Part shown: positions 46,697-56,438 of the stretch, in pieces | Numbering within the stretch: the first letter of the stretch is position 1 | Layout of the letters: every line of letters starts with the position of its first letter | Source of the DNA: a bacterium | Lineage (GTDB): Bacteria > Patescibacteriota > Minisyncoccia > Phycocordibacterales > UBA5272 | Length of the DNA: 64,000 bases | Assembly: GCA_027482685.1 (NCBI GenBank) | Contig: JAIXVU010000001.1 | Span: forward strand, 64,910 to 128,909 | Direction: 5' to 3' | Translations under genes and position numbers: made by a program | The notes under the pieces: generated by a model | The model's database searches: none | What the model saw: the letters and a program-made list of their open reading frames with translations, nothing else | What the model was told of the DNA's origin: nothing

Positions 46697-47113
46697 TTAT
46701 TTGTTTAGATCTACTCCACCTAGCTGTAAGAACATTTTTATGTGTCCAATTTTACCATCGCCAGTTGCTTGCTCATAAAGTGAATTAATGACTTCAGGAA
46801 TTCTATCCTTAATCCATCCAGAGATGTTCTTTTGAACAAAGAACGCAAACTTTGGGTGATGCTTCCAGTCTGTTAAGGTGTCTTCGCAAACTCCGACTGA
46901 TGAAGCAAATTCTTTCTGAGTTTTCATCTCGCGAAAATCTCGTGGAGTTGAGTACCACTCAGTGAATTTTAGGAATTCAGGCACATTGTAAATATCTGAG
47001 ATAACTATCGAAATATCGGAGTAAATCGGATTTGTTTCTGTAACCTTTGCACTGTCTGTATGAATTTCTTTCATATGTTTATTAGAATTAACTTTGAATA
47101 AACAAAAGCTCAC
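46697..47113 (-). CDS. Hypothetical protein with a possible HTH (KEFASSVGVCEDTLTDW)
   Basis: ORF only, in tandem with the methyltransferase gene. Confidence 0.4.
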   Translation of the reverse strand: MSFCLFKVNSNKHMKEIHTDSAKVTETNPIYSDISIVISDIYNVPEFLKFTEWYSTPRDFREMKTQKEFASSVGVCEDTLTDWKHHPKFAFFVQKNISGWIKDRIPEVINSLYEQATGDGKIGHIKMFLQLGGVDLNK

Positions 47114-47279
47114 GCACCTTGGGTAAGGTTGCGCGAGCTTTTAGTTAAAAAATCACTCGAGATATTGCTTTTGTATACTCATTATATCACACTAATTTTT
47201 CATGCAAGTTTCTTATTTTCAAAGGGTTTTTTAGAATTTTCGCATTAAAAATTCTGTTTGAGAATAGTTTTAAAAAGAT

Positions 47280-47903
47280 CTATACCTGTTCCTTTTCTTG
47301 TTCGTATCTTCGTCTTCTTTCGTCGAGAGTTTCTTCTTCAAATTCCCAATAAACTGGACCTTGTGCAGGATAAGCAACACCTAACGCCATTTGAGCTGCT
47401 TTAGATAGACTCATTGTTACATCATTAAATAGAACATTGGAACCTTCTGTTAAAGTACACGTAACTTCTGGATTTCTTGTGAAAGTAAATACACTGCCAA
47501 CAGGTAATTCATAAGCTTCAAAATCGTATCTCTTTGTGTACCGTCTTGCTTTGATAAGCGCTTTCTTGTCCTCCTCATATTCAACGATATCTCCTTGTGG
47601 AGTAACTTCTCTAACTTCAGCTAATTTAAGTGCAGCAACAACTCGTTCAGGTGTTTCAGTAAAGAACTCTCTGTTCTCAGCAACTCTTGTTCTTCCAAAA
47701 GCTTCATGTAATTTTCTTTCAACGAAATCCATATCATTTACTTCCGAAGCATAGAAAACTTCAAAAGGAAGAGGTACACCTGAAGCTCTAGAAAGCTCCT
47801 TTACTCTTCTATCGAGGTCATTAGTCTTTCCAATCTTTATGTACCCAGGCATTGCCACGTTAGTTAAAATATAGATGATATTCATATTCAGTAATACTAC
47901 CAT
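47280..47903 (-). CDS. GIY-YIG nuclease-family protein (T5orf172/DUF4357-like)
   Basis: NIIYILTN...GYIKIGKTNDLDRRVKEL is the GIY-YIG core. The likely start is at MNIIYIL. Confidence 0.6.
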   Translation of the reverse strand: MVVLLNMNIIYILTNVAMPGYIKIGKTNDLDRRVKELSRASGVPLPFEVFYASEVNDMDFVERKLHEAFGRTRVAENREFFTETPERVVAALKLAEVREVTPQGDIVEYEEDKKALIKARRYTKRYDFEAYELPVGSVFTFTRNPEVTCTLTEGSNVLFNDVTMSLSKAAQMALGVAYPAQGPVYWEFEEETLDERRRRYEQEKEQV

Positions 47904-48282
47904 AAAAACCCTTCCATATAGTTATACTTATATCTATATGGAACAATATATACATACAAGAAAAGAAGAAGATGAATTAGACTATTTAGCAGAGATATAC
48001 GTGTCAGTATATTTAGAAAATGAAAAAAGTAGATCTTTAGCGAAATTGAATTCTAACGTAGCTAAAAAGCAAGAATCTAATAGTTACCTTACCCAAAATA
48101 GTGACACTAAGCCGTAAATTAATTTTATGTAAAAAGTGTCACTTTTGTCACTTTTTATGAACAACAAAGATAAAAGAAATCCAAATAACTGGACTAAAGA
48201 AGAAACAGATAACATTGTTAATGCCTTCAAATGGCTTATTGAACAAGACAAAATACAGAACCCAAATCTATATAAAAATAAG

Positions 48283-48301
48283 CGCTCGGAGAGCGTCGAA
48301 A
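48283..48301 (+). repeat. Right copy of the 19-bp direct repeat CGCTCGGAGAGCGTCGAAA
   Basis: Identical to 33030..33048. Confidence 0.6.
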
Positions 48302-48388
48302 AGTTAAGTTAATAATTAACAAAAAAGCATTACAGGTCTTGACCGTACTTTTTCTGAGCACGTGCCTCTCAGCTGGTATACTTAAATA

Positions 48389-49033
48389 ATGAAACTAACA
48401 TTTGCATACGAAAGAAGTCGTGATATTTGGTGTATCTTGAATTATGGAAAGACTTCCATGAATTCTCCGACACCAACAAAAGTCTACAAAAATTTGATAC
48501 AACAATACGGAAACAACCCATCAGAAAGTGACATAAGTAATTTTGTCGTATCATACATGCCCCTAAATCAGATTAATACTGATGAAATGATAACTGTACT
48601 ACAAAGACAATGGGATACCATTTCATCTGAGTACCAGAATCGTGCAGAAGAAATATTTGGAATCACGTTACCAGATGATGTGACAGCATACATAACAATT
48701 AACGATCGCCGTCCGTACAGTATCCAAGATAATATGTTTTATGTCACTACTGCATATCCTAATGCGACAAATAAAGCCGCAATGCATGAACTCTGGCATT
48801 TCTATACGTAGTATAAATACGGCATGGAATGGGAACAAAAATTAGGTGCTGAAAAATATAATGAACTAAAAGAAGCATTAACAGTTCTCTTGAATGTGGA
48901 GTGTAGAGATTTACTTCCTAGTGGGATTATAGATAGAGGTTATCCTCAGCATCAAGAACTCCGACAAAGGATTCTCGAACTATGGTCTAAAGATAGGAAT
49001 ATGGATAATTTGTGGCAAGTTCTTATGGCATAG
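48389..49033 (+). pseudogene. HExxH putative metallopeptidase-like gene interrupted by a single in-frame TAG at 48809-48811 (either a pseudogene or a readthrough candidate)
   Basis: ORF 48389..48811 ends ...MHELWHFYT*, and ORF 48824..49033 continues in the same frame (the offset is divisible by 3). The 12 nt between them are also in frame (YKYG). Confidence 0.5.
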
Positions 49034-49094
49034 CCGTTCGAATCAAGCTCCAATATCAGAAAAGTTATAACGATCAACACAATCTGGTACACTA

Positions 49095-50531
49095 GTGGTT
49101 ATGAAAAAGAATTCCTCTCCATGGTTACACCAACTCAATAGAACACGAGAGCCCGTAGTGATAGACAAGAATATCTCCACAGATATCACTATTGTTGGTG
49201 GAGGTATCGCAGGCGTTACTACTGCATACACTCTACTTCGAGATACAAAATATGACGTTGTGCTAATTGATAGCAATCTCATCGGTCACGGTGCAACTGG
49301 ACATAACGCTGGGCAACTTACTACCTATTTCGAAAGACCGTTGTCTGATATTGCGTCACAGTTCGGCGTAGAACTAACCTGTGAAGCTCAAAAAAATGTA
49401 GAATCTGCGTGGCTAGAATTAGATACTATTCAGCGAGAGGTAGGACTAAAAACCCCAATATACAAATTCACTGGTTATGCAGGCATGACGAAGCTCTCTC
49501 ATGTGTTGTTACGTCTTGCTGATAACATGATACGGTATGATGGAGGAATTCCTATAGAAAAAATGCTAATCGCGGATGATTTTGAATTTTTAGATCAGAT
49601 ACCTACTGTTTTTTCTCACCTCTATGAGATAACCAGCAAGCAAAATATACAAAAGATGTTAGAAACAGACAATGACGACTATGTTGCCCTACTTGTCTAT
49701 CCAAAAGGAGCAACTAACAGCGCTAAGATATGTGAAGAGCTGATTGAATATATGCTCACAACATACAAAGACAGATTCCATGTGTATGAAAGAACTCCAG
49801 CTAATACTATTATTCTAGAAAAAGAACATACTCTTATTGAGATTAATTTGAAGAAAGATGAGATGTTGGTTAATGACGCTACTCCAGACTTTACAATGCT
49901 AGCAAAGAAAATCATTTTATGTACGAATGGGTTTGAAGGTTTTAAGATTATCAATAACTTCGGTAAAGACATAGATGGTAAATTCCATCATCAGCTGCAT
50001 GGCCGTGTTAACTTCATGTCTGCATACTTAGACACTCTAGAAAAAGACCCTGTTGCTATAAGTTACTTTCCAAAGAACTCATCAATTGATGCACCTAAGG
50101 ACACTATAACTGGAGAGCAGTATTTCTATATCACCAGGAGACCTCACATGCACGATGGAGTTGAGATGGGGCTCATATCTACCGGTGGACCAGAAAGAAT
50201 TCTGCGAGATGATGAGAAGTACGACAGGAATAATCTGTGTGAAGTATGGGCCGAGCATGATATCGACACCTTTCTAAAAAAGAATTATAAAAAGTATCCT
50301 GGTGAAAAAGTACAATATCAATTTTGCTGGCATGGCCTTCTTGGGTATACCACTACTGGACTACGTCTCATTGGTGAAGAACCTTTAAATAGAACATTAC
50401 TCTATAACCTAGGGTGTAATGGTATAGGAATAATGCCTTCCATTTATGGCGCAAAAAGAATATCGCAAATACTACTAGGAATACCACAACCTCCGAGTAT
50501 CTTCGATCCAAAAATGAATACAGAGGAATAA
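49095..50531 (+). CDS. FAD-dependent oxidoreductase (DAO/glycine-oxidase-like family)
   Basis: The N-terminal dinucleotide-binding motif is ITIVGGGIAGVTTAYTL. The size is 478 aa. Confidence 0.65.
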   Translation: MVMKKNSSPWLHQLNRTREPVVIDKNISTDITIVGGGIAGVTTAYTLLRDTKYDVVLIDSNLIGHGATGHNAGQLTTYFERPLSDIASQFGVELTCEAQKNVESAWLELDTIQREVGLKTPIYKFTGYAGMTKLSHVLLRLADNMIRYDGGIPIEKMLIADDFEFLDQIPTVFSHLYEITSKQNIQKMLETDNDDYVALLVYPKGATNSAKICEELIEYMLTTYKDRFHVYERTPANTIILEKEHTLIEINLKKDEMLVNDATPDFTMLAKKIILCTNGFEGFKIINNFGKDIDGKFHHQLHGRVNFMSAYLDTLEKDPVAISYFPKNSSIDAPKDTITGEQYFYITRRPHMHDGVEMGLISTGGPERILRDDEKYDRNNLCEVWAEHDIDTFLKKNYKKYPGEKVQYQFCWHGLLGYTTTGLRLIGEEPLNRTLLYNLGCNGIGIMPSIYGAKRISQILLGIPQPPSIFDPKMNTEE

Positions 50532-50651
50532 TTCTTTTTATAATAATGCCTATTTCTATACCTTCATTGCAATGATTGTTATGTAGATATTATGCGACAA
50601 AGCAACCTCGTGAGAGGTGCTTTGTAACATACGTATAGAACTTATAATATT

Positions 50652-50891
50652 CTATATTGTCGAGATCTTTGGATTGTATGAGTCTTCCATTGTTGCCTTT
50701 GTTGAAAGGACAACAACACTATACAAAGCAGATAGTCCAACAATACCATAGACAAGTCTAGTGAGCATCGTCGCTTCACCAAAGATGTAACTTACAATAT
50801 CAGTACTGAAGATACTGATAATCCCCCAGTTAATACCACCAACTACAAGTAAAGCAAAAGCTACCCAATCAAACATATTAAGATTTTTCAT
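50652..50891 (-). CDS. DUF378-family small membrane protein
   Basis: MKNLNMFDWVAFALLVVGGINWGIISIF is the DUF378 signature. Two TM helices are present. Confidence 0.55.
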   Translation of the reverse strand: MKNLNMFDWVAFALLVVGGINWGIISIFSTDIVSYIFGEATMLTRLVYGIVGLSALYSVVVLSTKATMEDSYNPKISTI

Positions 50892-51114
50892 GTATGTTTT
50901 TTTAGTTTATTTTTAATAGATATCAAACCAGATACAAGAGTCATTTTATATTAACCACAAAAACTTTTTTGTTTCGTTCTATACACTACCTCAAATGCAG
51001 GTTATGTCGACCGATATTGTATCGATTTGTTAAAGAGATCTAATAAGCTATAACCCTATAAGTAACTATATACCTTTCACAGAAAATAGATAGTACAAGT
51101 AGCATACTAAAATT

Positions 51115-52074
51115 TTGAAGATCAGCTTTAAGAAGTCACATTGTGATGTCTGGTCTTTGCTATACTTACTCTACATGGACACATCTAAGAACAACTCTCA
51201 TATAACACAGACACTTGTTATCTGTATTATTTTTGCATGTGGTGGATATCTCTATTATCAGACACATAGTGTATGCAACTTCCCGATACAATATTCAGTT
51301 GGTGAAGTAGATAGCCGTTTCAAAATTTCTCGCACAGAAGTACTTGAAGTTATAGATACTGCAACTAAAATCTGGGAGACACCAACTGGCAGTAATCTTT
51401 TCGAATATAATCCAGAGGGTAAGCTTAAGATAACTATGATCTACGACGAGAGACAAGAAGCAACAGAAAAAAGAAAAACACTCGAAGAGAATACAGAGAT
51501 ACTCAAAAATCAAGCAAAAAGTGTTCAAGATAGATATAAAAAGTTAGAAGCTGATTTTGATAACGAGCAAGCAGAGTACGAAGCTCTTCTTGTGGAGTAT
51601 AAACGTAATGAAGCGACCTATAATCAAACAGTGCAGTATTGGAATACACGCGGTGGTGCACCAGAAGCAATTTATGAAAGTCTACAACAACAAAAACAAT
51701 CACTTTCAAATACCTATGAAGCTGTTGAGTCAAAGCGTCAATCTGTTAATGCTAAAGTAAATGAGATTAATGCTTTTATGTCAGAATATAATAATATAGC
51801 AGAAAAAGTAAATACAACAATTGATGTAATAAATGAAGACGCGGGTCGAGAGTTTCAAGAAGGAACGTATACACCAAAGACTAAAATAATAACAATCTAT
51901 GAGTTCAGTGATAGGACTAAACTCTTGCGTGTCCTTGCCCATGAACTAGGTCACGCTCTTTCTCTTGATCATAACCCGAACCCAGAGTCCATTATGTACG
52001 AGTTAAATAAAAGCAATACTCTAACCGCATCGAAAGAAGACATAGACTCCCTAAAAGCACTATGCAAACTATAG
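51115..52074 (+). CDS. Matrixin-like zinc metalloprotease with a central coiled-coil (the likely start is the internal MDTSKN...)
   Basis: HELGHALSLDHNPNPESIMY has the form HExxHxxxxxH...M (zincin/metzincin-like). A TM/signal sequence is present at the N-terminus. Confidence 0.6.
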   Translation: MKISFKKSHCDVWSLLYLLYMDTSKNNSHITQTLVICIIFACGGYLYYQTHSVCNFPIQYSVGEVDSRFKISRTEVLEVIDTATKIWETPTGSNLFEYNPEGKLKITMIYDERQEATEKRKTLEENTEILKNQAKSVQDRYKKLEADFDNEQAEYEALLVEYKRNEATYNQTVQYWNTRGGAPEAIYESLQQQKQSLSNTYEAVESKRQSVNAKVNEINAFMSEYNNIAEKVNTTIDVINEDAGREFQEGTYTPKTKIITIYEFSDRTKLLRVLAHELGHALSLDHNPNPESIMYELNKSNTLTASKEDIDSLKALCKL

Positions 52075-53151
52075 TCGCACCGTCTCTTGTAAAACTGGTT
52101 CTTCTACACGCACAATGGTAAATGTAAGCCGTCCAACAATACGCTTGCTATCAGCTTTTATTGTTACCCGCCATAGACCTTCTGCGACATTATTTTTGTA
52201 TGAATACGCTCTATACCCTCCCACTCTCCCTCCTTCACTTATATATGGTATAACTGTGTTTGATACCCATTTTTTCTTATCCTCATCGTAATATTCCCAA
52301 ACCTGAGTAAGTGGAGCGGTGACCTTAGTTGGAGCTTTGACAGTAGCCAGGAAATATACACCTGTGTCATCGCTACTCATATGATACACAGGCCGAGACC
52401 AAAAACGCGGGATGAAATGTTTCTTGGCAACCTCACGCTCAACTATAAAGTCTGCCCCATCGCGTACAACAGAGTGGTATACCCCAGAACTTCCAAGTGA
52501 GAGCGGTACAGCAGGTAGGACATTCAAAAAGTAGAGCATACCTACAAACATAGGTATACCTATTGCAAGAGCATATCCCCTACCGGCTTCATGAGTTGCA
52601 ACTTCTGATCTATTCTTAAGAATGGATATGTATATAAGTCCTATTACTACACTAAGTATCATGCTACCTAAAAATACGAGATCATTTTGAATACTAAGTA
52701 ATATTGGTAATGTGAAAATAATATAAAATAAAAGTGCAACGAAAAGTACAGCAATATCTAATGTAAAACGATATTTATGAGACCCTATCATTTCATTTGA
52801 AATACTACAGATGAGCAATATGACAAGAAATGGCCATGACACTGAAAATGCTGCTCCGCGTATAGCATAGACAAACACAAATGAAAGCGCGGACCCTGAG
52901 AGATATGCAATACAAAATGTAAGCGTGGAGTATACCCTCTGTTCAAGAGCACTTGCTGTGTTACGTGAAGCAACCCATTCACGCACCACGATAAGTACAG
53001 CAATTGACGATATGTATGCAAGCCCAATATAGCGAGTGAGAGCATCGCCAATATCAGGAAGCAGTATCATGTCGATAGTGAACCCTATAACAAAAAGTAT
53101 CGTCGTAGCATGCTTAGTATATGTTGAAAGTGAAAAGAGCTTACGATACAT
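52069..53151 (-). CDS. Hypothetical polytopic membrane protein with a C-terminal soluble beta-rich domain
   Basis: Seven or eight hydrophobic helices are followed by a domain of about 120 aa. Confidence 0.5.
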   Translation of the reverse strand: MYRKLFSLSTYTKHATTILFVIGFTIDMILLPDIGDALTRYIGLAYISSIAVLIVVREWVASRNTASALEQRVYSTLTFCIAYLSGSALSFVFVYAIRGAAFSVSWPFLVILLICSISNEMIGSHKYRFTLDIAVLFVALLFYIIFTLPILLSIQNDLVFLGSMILSVVIGLIYISILKNRSEVATHEAGRGYALAIGIPMFVGMLYFLNVLPAVPLSLGSSGVYHSVVRDGADFIVEREVAKKHFIPRFWSRPVYHMSSDDTGVYFLATVKAPTKVTAPLTQVWEYYDEDKKKWVSNTVIPYISEGGRVGGYRAYSYKNNVAEGLWRVTIKADSKRIVGRLTFTIVRVEEPVLQETVRL

Positions 53152-53160
53152 ACACGTTAA

Positions 53161-54168
53161 TTACTCTATAGTACCTACATATATTGCAATTACTGCGGTC
53201 CATCCATGTACATGTGATATATCAATAAGGTAGCGCTTAGCGAGAAGAAGCTCAATATGCTTTGATGTAAAAAACAAAGGATATTCTTTTGTCAGCCCCT
53301 CAATGAATACTTGCTCTTTTGATGTAGTATGAATACCTGTGGCTTTAATAAGCAACCCTTGGCGGATAATCTCAAGAATATCATCATACAATGCTTGAGC
53401 ATCAATACCTCTGTGTTCAATATCAGCAAGAATTGTGACAAGCGATGAAGTGTCTTTTTTGCATAATGCTGTTATGACTTCAAAAAGCTTCGCCTTGTGT
53501 GAAGTTCCTAAGAAATTCTCAACTAGCTCAGGATCGATTTTCTTTTCTGAAATGCGAAGAACTTGTTCTAGTACCCCAAGAGCATCACGATATGATCCAT
53601 TACCACGACGTGCAATTAAGGTAGCCGATGATTCATCAAGCGTGTATCCTTCTTGCTTTGCAACGTAGATGAGTTGATTACGAAGGACCTCTACTGTTGG
53701 CTGGTTGAATACAATTTTTTGACATCGAGAAACAATAGTCTCTGGAAGTTTATCAGGATCAGTAGTAGCAAGAATAAAAATGACATGTGCAGGCGGTTCT
53801 TCAAGAGTTTTAAGAAAAGCATTTGCTGCTTCTTTTGTGAGCATGTGCGCTTCATCAATGATATATACTTTGTAACGGCTAGAGAAAGGTTGGGTACGCA
53901 CAGCTTCGCGTAAATCACGAATGTTATCAATTAGACGATTACTTGCCGCATCAATTTCAATGATATCTTCATCATTTGAGCCAACACTTTTAGCGAAAAT
54001 TCTTGCAACAGAGGTCTTCCCTGTTCCACGACCACCACAGAAAAGGTATGCATGAGCTATTTTATCCTGCTCAATGCTTTTCTTAAGTAACGATACGAGA
54101 GCATCCTGCCCAACAACACTATCAAAACTCTGCGGACGGTATTTACGATACAGGGCGAGATGATTCAT
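53161..54168 (-). CDS. dnaX: DNA polymerase III clamp-loader subunit (gamma/tau-like, short form)
   Basis: The N-terminus LYRKYRPQSFDSVVGQ, Walker A GGRGTGKTS, and the IDEAH and SRC motifs of AAA+ clamp loaders are present. Confidence 0.7.
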   Translation of the reverse strand: MNHLALYRKYRPQSFDSVVGQDALVSLLKKSIEQDKIAHAYLFCGGRGTGKTSVARIFAKSVGSNDEDIIEIDAASNRLIDNIRDLREAVRTQPFSSRYKVYIIDEAHMLTKEAANAFLKTLEEPPAHVIFILATTDPDKLPETIVSRCQKIVFNQPTVEVLRNQLIYVAKQEGYTLDESSATLIARRGNGSYRDALGVLEQVLRISEKKIDPELVENFLGTSHKAKLFEVITALCKKDTSSLVTILADIEHRGIDAQALYDDILEIIRQGLLIKATGIHTTSKEQVFIEGLTKEYPLFFTSKHIELLLAKRYLIDISHVHGWTAVIAIYVGTIE

Positions 54169-54227
54169 GGGAAAAGTATATCATGTTTACTTTTGTTGGT
54201 GTTGGAAACGGAAACAATCGTAGTGTT

Positions 54228-54257
54228 GTTGACATATACTACTACAGTATGTATAAT
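54228..54257 (+). promoter_or_regulatory. Sigma70-like promoter TTGACA-N18-TATAAT
   Basis: TTGACA lies at 54228-54233 and TATAAT at 54252-54257, about 30 nt upstream of an RBS-bearing small ORF. Confidence 0.45.
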
Positions 54258-54284
54258 GCAATTCCACTTTTGAAGGAGTTTGCA

Positions 54285-54566
54285 ATGATTCACAAAGACG
54301 GAAATCTTGGCATCTCTTTTGAAAGCCAAGAACTTGTTGTTCATGAGTTCGTTCCAGATGTGCCATGGTGGCCAGAACATGGTTCGTGGCGTGAAGTTGC
54401 TCGGTGTACGGAAGTGAAACAATGGGATGAATGTAGTTATTCCAAGCTACTCACTGACCAGTACCTTCAAGATATGATTACGTGGCACTTTATTGACCAG
54501 GTAACTCCTACCCTCACCGGGCAGGAGTTTTTTTATACTTACTCTATATTTGACGTTAACCATTGA
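54285..54566 (+). CDS. Hypothetical small protein (94 aa)
   Basis: The Shine-Dalgarno GAAGGAG lies 7 nt upstream of the ATG at 54285. The longer annotated ORF from 54183 is probably an extension. Confidence 0.4.
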   Translation: MIHKDGNLGISFESQELVVHEFVPDVPWWPEHGSWREVARCTEVKQWDECSYSKLLTDQYLQDMITWHFIDQVTPTLTGQEFFYTYSIFDVNH

Positions 54567-55645
54567 GAAACTTTTTCTTCTACTTCTTTTGCGTTAGTAC
54601 ATTCCATGAGTTCCATACGAAGTTCTTTTGCACCATCAAAACCATTAACATATGCTTTGTAGTGTTTCTTCATAATAGCGAAGCTCTTGATGTCTCCTAA
54701 CTTCTCTTCGTATAATTTTGTATGCTCCACAAGTATCTCTAGTCTTTCCTTCACACTCTTACCTTTGTTATACGCCTCTTCATCAAAGAACCATGGAGTA
54801 CCAAATACTCCACGTCCGATCATTACACCGTTGCAACCTGTCTCGTTAGCAAGCTTTTTACCTTGTGTTACAGAAGTAACATCGCCATTACCTAGAAGTA
54901 TCGTCCCCCCATCTTGTACTTCTCCTGTCATTTGACGAACAAGCGCTACAACTTCGGGCATAAGCTCCCAGTGAGCTGGGACTTTTGACATTTCTTTTCT
55001 CGTACGTAGATGAACAGTAAGAGCTGGGATATTACATTCAAGAATCTTAGGTAGCCATTCCATGAATTCTACTTTGTTGTATCCGATACGGGTCTTAACT
55101 GATACGGGAATATCGCCTGCTCCTTCTTGAGCGGCTCGGATTACCTTTTGTGCCTGTCGCCAGTCTTTGATGTGCGCTGCTCCTGCTCCTTGTTTTTCTA
55201 TACTCTTATCTGGGCATCCCATGTTAATATCTATTCCATCAAAACCAAGTTCACGACATAATGCCGCAGCCTTCTTCATATTCTCAGGAGTAGAGGTAAA
55301 TAATTGCGCAATGATTGGTCTCTCTTTATCAGTAAAAACAAGATCACGCTTAAGAATTTCACGACCGGCACTTGTTAGTCCATCAGCTGATACAAACTCT
55401 GTCCATATAACATCTGGTCCACCACCTTGTTCTCCCATGCGACTATGACGAGCTATCATATCACGGAATACACAGTCTGTAACATCCGCCATAGGAGCAA
55501 GAACGGTAAGCGTCTCACCTTTTGTTAATTTTTCATCTATTAACCTTTGCCAAAAACCACGAACTGGGTTCATGGGAACTTTTTTAATTGTTGTAGGCCT
55601 AACGAGATCTAGTAGATGTCGAATTAGTACGTGTAGAACTTGCAT
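54539..55645 (-). CDS. dus: tRNA-dihydrouridine synthase (DusB-like); the likely start is internal (MNPVRGF...)
   Basis: The TIM-barrel FMN motifs DINMGCP and VHLRTRKEM, and the catalytic Cys context, are present. Confidence 0.8.
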   Translation of the reverse strand: MQVLHVLIRHLLDLVRPTTIKKVPMNPVRGFWQRLIDEKLTKGETLTVLAPMADVTDCVFRDMIARHSRMGEQGGGPDVIWTEFVSADGLTSAGREILKRDLVFTDKERPIIAQLFTSTPENMKKAAALCRELGFDGIDINMGCPDKSIEKQGAGAAHIKDWRQAQKVIRAAQEGAGDIPVSVKTRIGYNKVEFMEWLPKILECNIPALTVHLRTRKEMSKVPAHWELMPEVVALVRQMTGEVQDGGTILLGNGDVTSVTQGKKLANETGCNGVMIGRGVFGTPWFFDEEAYNKGKSVKERLEILVEHTKLYEEKLGDIKSFAIMKKHYKAYVNGFDGAKELRMELMECTNAKEVEEKVSQWLTSNIE

Positions 55646-56438
55646 ATGATGTAGTATCGTCCCCGATTATAGCTTTCTCTGTACCATTTGTAAAACGATA
55701 AAATACTTTGTTTCCAAAACGTGCGTCTAAATATAGTAGTTTTTCTTTTTGAAGTTTACTCTTAAGCGGTTCAGTATCTATAGCACTTACTATTGTTGAC
55801 CAGACAAGCGAAGCATCTGATGATGACGCGACTCTAATCTCAGATTTTGTTTGTTTTGAACGTAGGTATGCATCTCCACGTTCATCAATATAAATCTCAG
55901 TAATAGGAAAAAGCGCTGAACTGATCTTAGTGTGTAAAGTAAAGAGTGCTTGTAGCACTTCAGGTGAAGGTAGAGTTGAAGTACTTGTAATGAGAATTGG
56001 AAGAGTGCTAATATCGTATATTTCCTTGTAAACTACTCCATTAGCACTGATAGCTTGAACATCGTTCTTACGAAATAATGGCGTGTATGGAGTTACGGTT
56101 ATCCGGAGTGTCTGAGGGGTAGGCGGGTAGATGGTTATTGTATCCGTGTTTGGAAGGACTTCACGAATAAGATTTTTTATATCAGTTCTATGATAGGTGA
56201 AAATACTATTCCCAGGGAGAAAGAAAAGAATCTTACGTGTAGAAAGTTCTTGTAAGGTTAAGATAAGATTTTCTTTATAGATATCATCTACTCCTACTAA
56301 GTCATATGTTTTGATAGAGAAAATCGTTGTAAAAAAATAACAAAAAAGAAATGCTATACCTAGAAGTATAATAATAATCCGCGGGAGTAACCTCTTCCAA
56401 AGTAATGCAGAGCGTTTTTTCATCAAATAGATATACAA
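55599..56438 (-). CDS. Membrane-anchored protein with FtsQ/DivIB-like POTRA architecture (tentative)
   Basis: An N-terminal TM helix is followed by a YDLVGVDDIY... beta-rich domain. It sits between dus and serS. Confidence 0.35.
   Translation of the reverse strand: MYIYLMKKRSALLWKRLLPRIIIILLGIAFLFCYFFTTIFSIKTYDLVGVDDIYKENLILTLQELSTRKILFFLPGNSIFTYHRTDIKNLIREVLPNTDTITIYPPTPQTLRITVTPYTPLFRKNDVQAISANGVVYKEIYDISTLPILITSTSTLPSPEVLQALFTLHTKISSALFPITEIYIDERGDAYLRSKQTKSEIRVASSSDASLVWSTIVSAIDTEPLKSKLQKEKLLYLDARFGNKVFYRFTNGTEKAIIGDDTTSYASSTRTNSTSTRSR

Larger units (their letters stand above)
33030..48301. mobile_element. Putative integrated genomic island (about 15.3 kb) next to tRNA-Gln. It carries a large serine recombinase, a phage-like cargo (RusA, ParB-MTase, GIY-YIG, HTH proteins) and a defense cargo (Type I R-M with an embedded KAP NTPase, and a PIN module)
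   Basis: It is flanked by 19-bp direct repeats, lies adjacent to a tRNA, contains a recombinase, and its gene content is typical of mobile and defense elements. Confidence 0.5.

Noticed and set aside
48157-48312. 51-aa plus-strand ORF running through the right-hand 19-bp repeat
   Set aside because: It has no RBS and is short. The left repeat copy is not in an equivalent frame, so the repeat is not explained as conserved coding sequence.
48389-49033. Treating 48389..48811 and 48824..49033 as two independent genes
   Set aside because: They share one reading frame, separated by a single TAG plus 12 in-frame nucleotides. The second ORF has no Shine-Dalgarno site. A single interrupted gene is more parsimonious.
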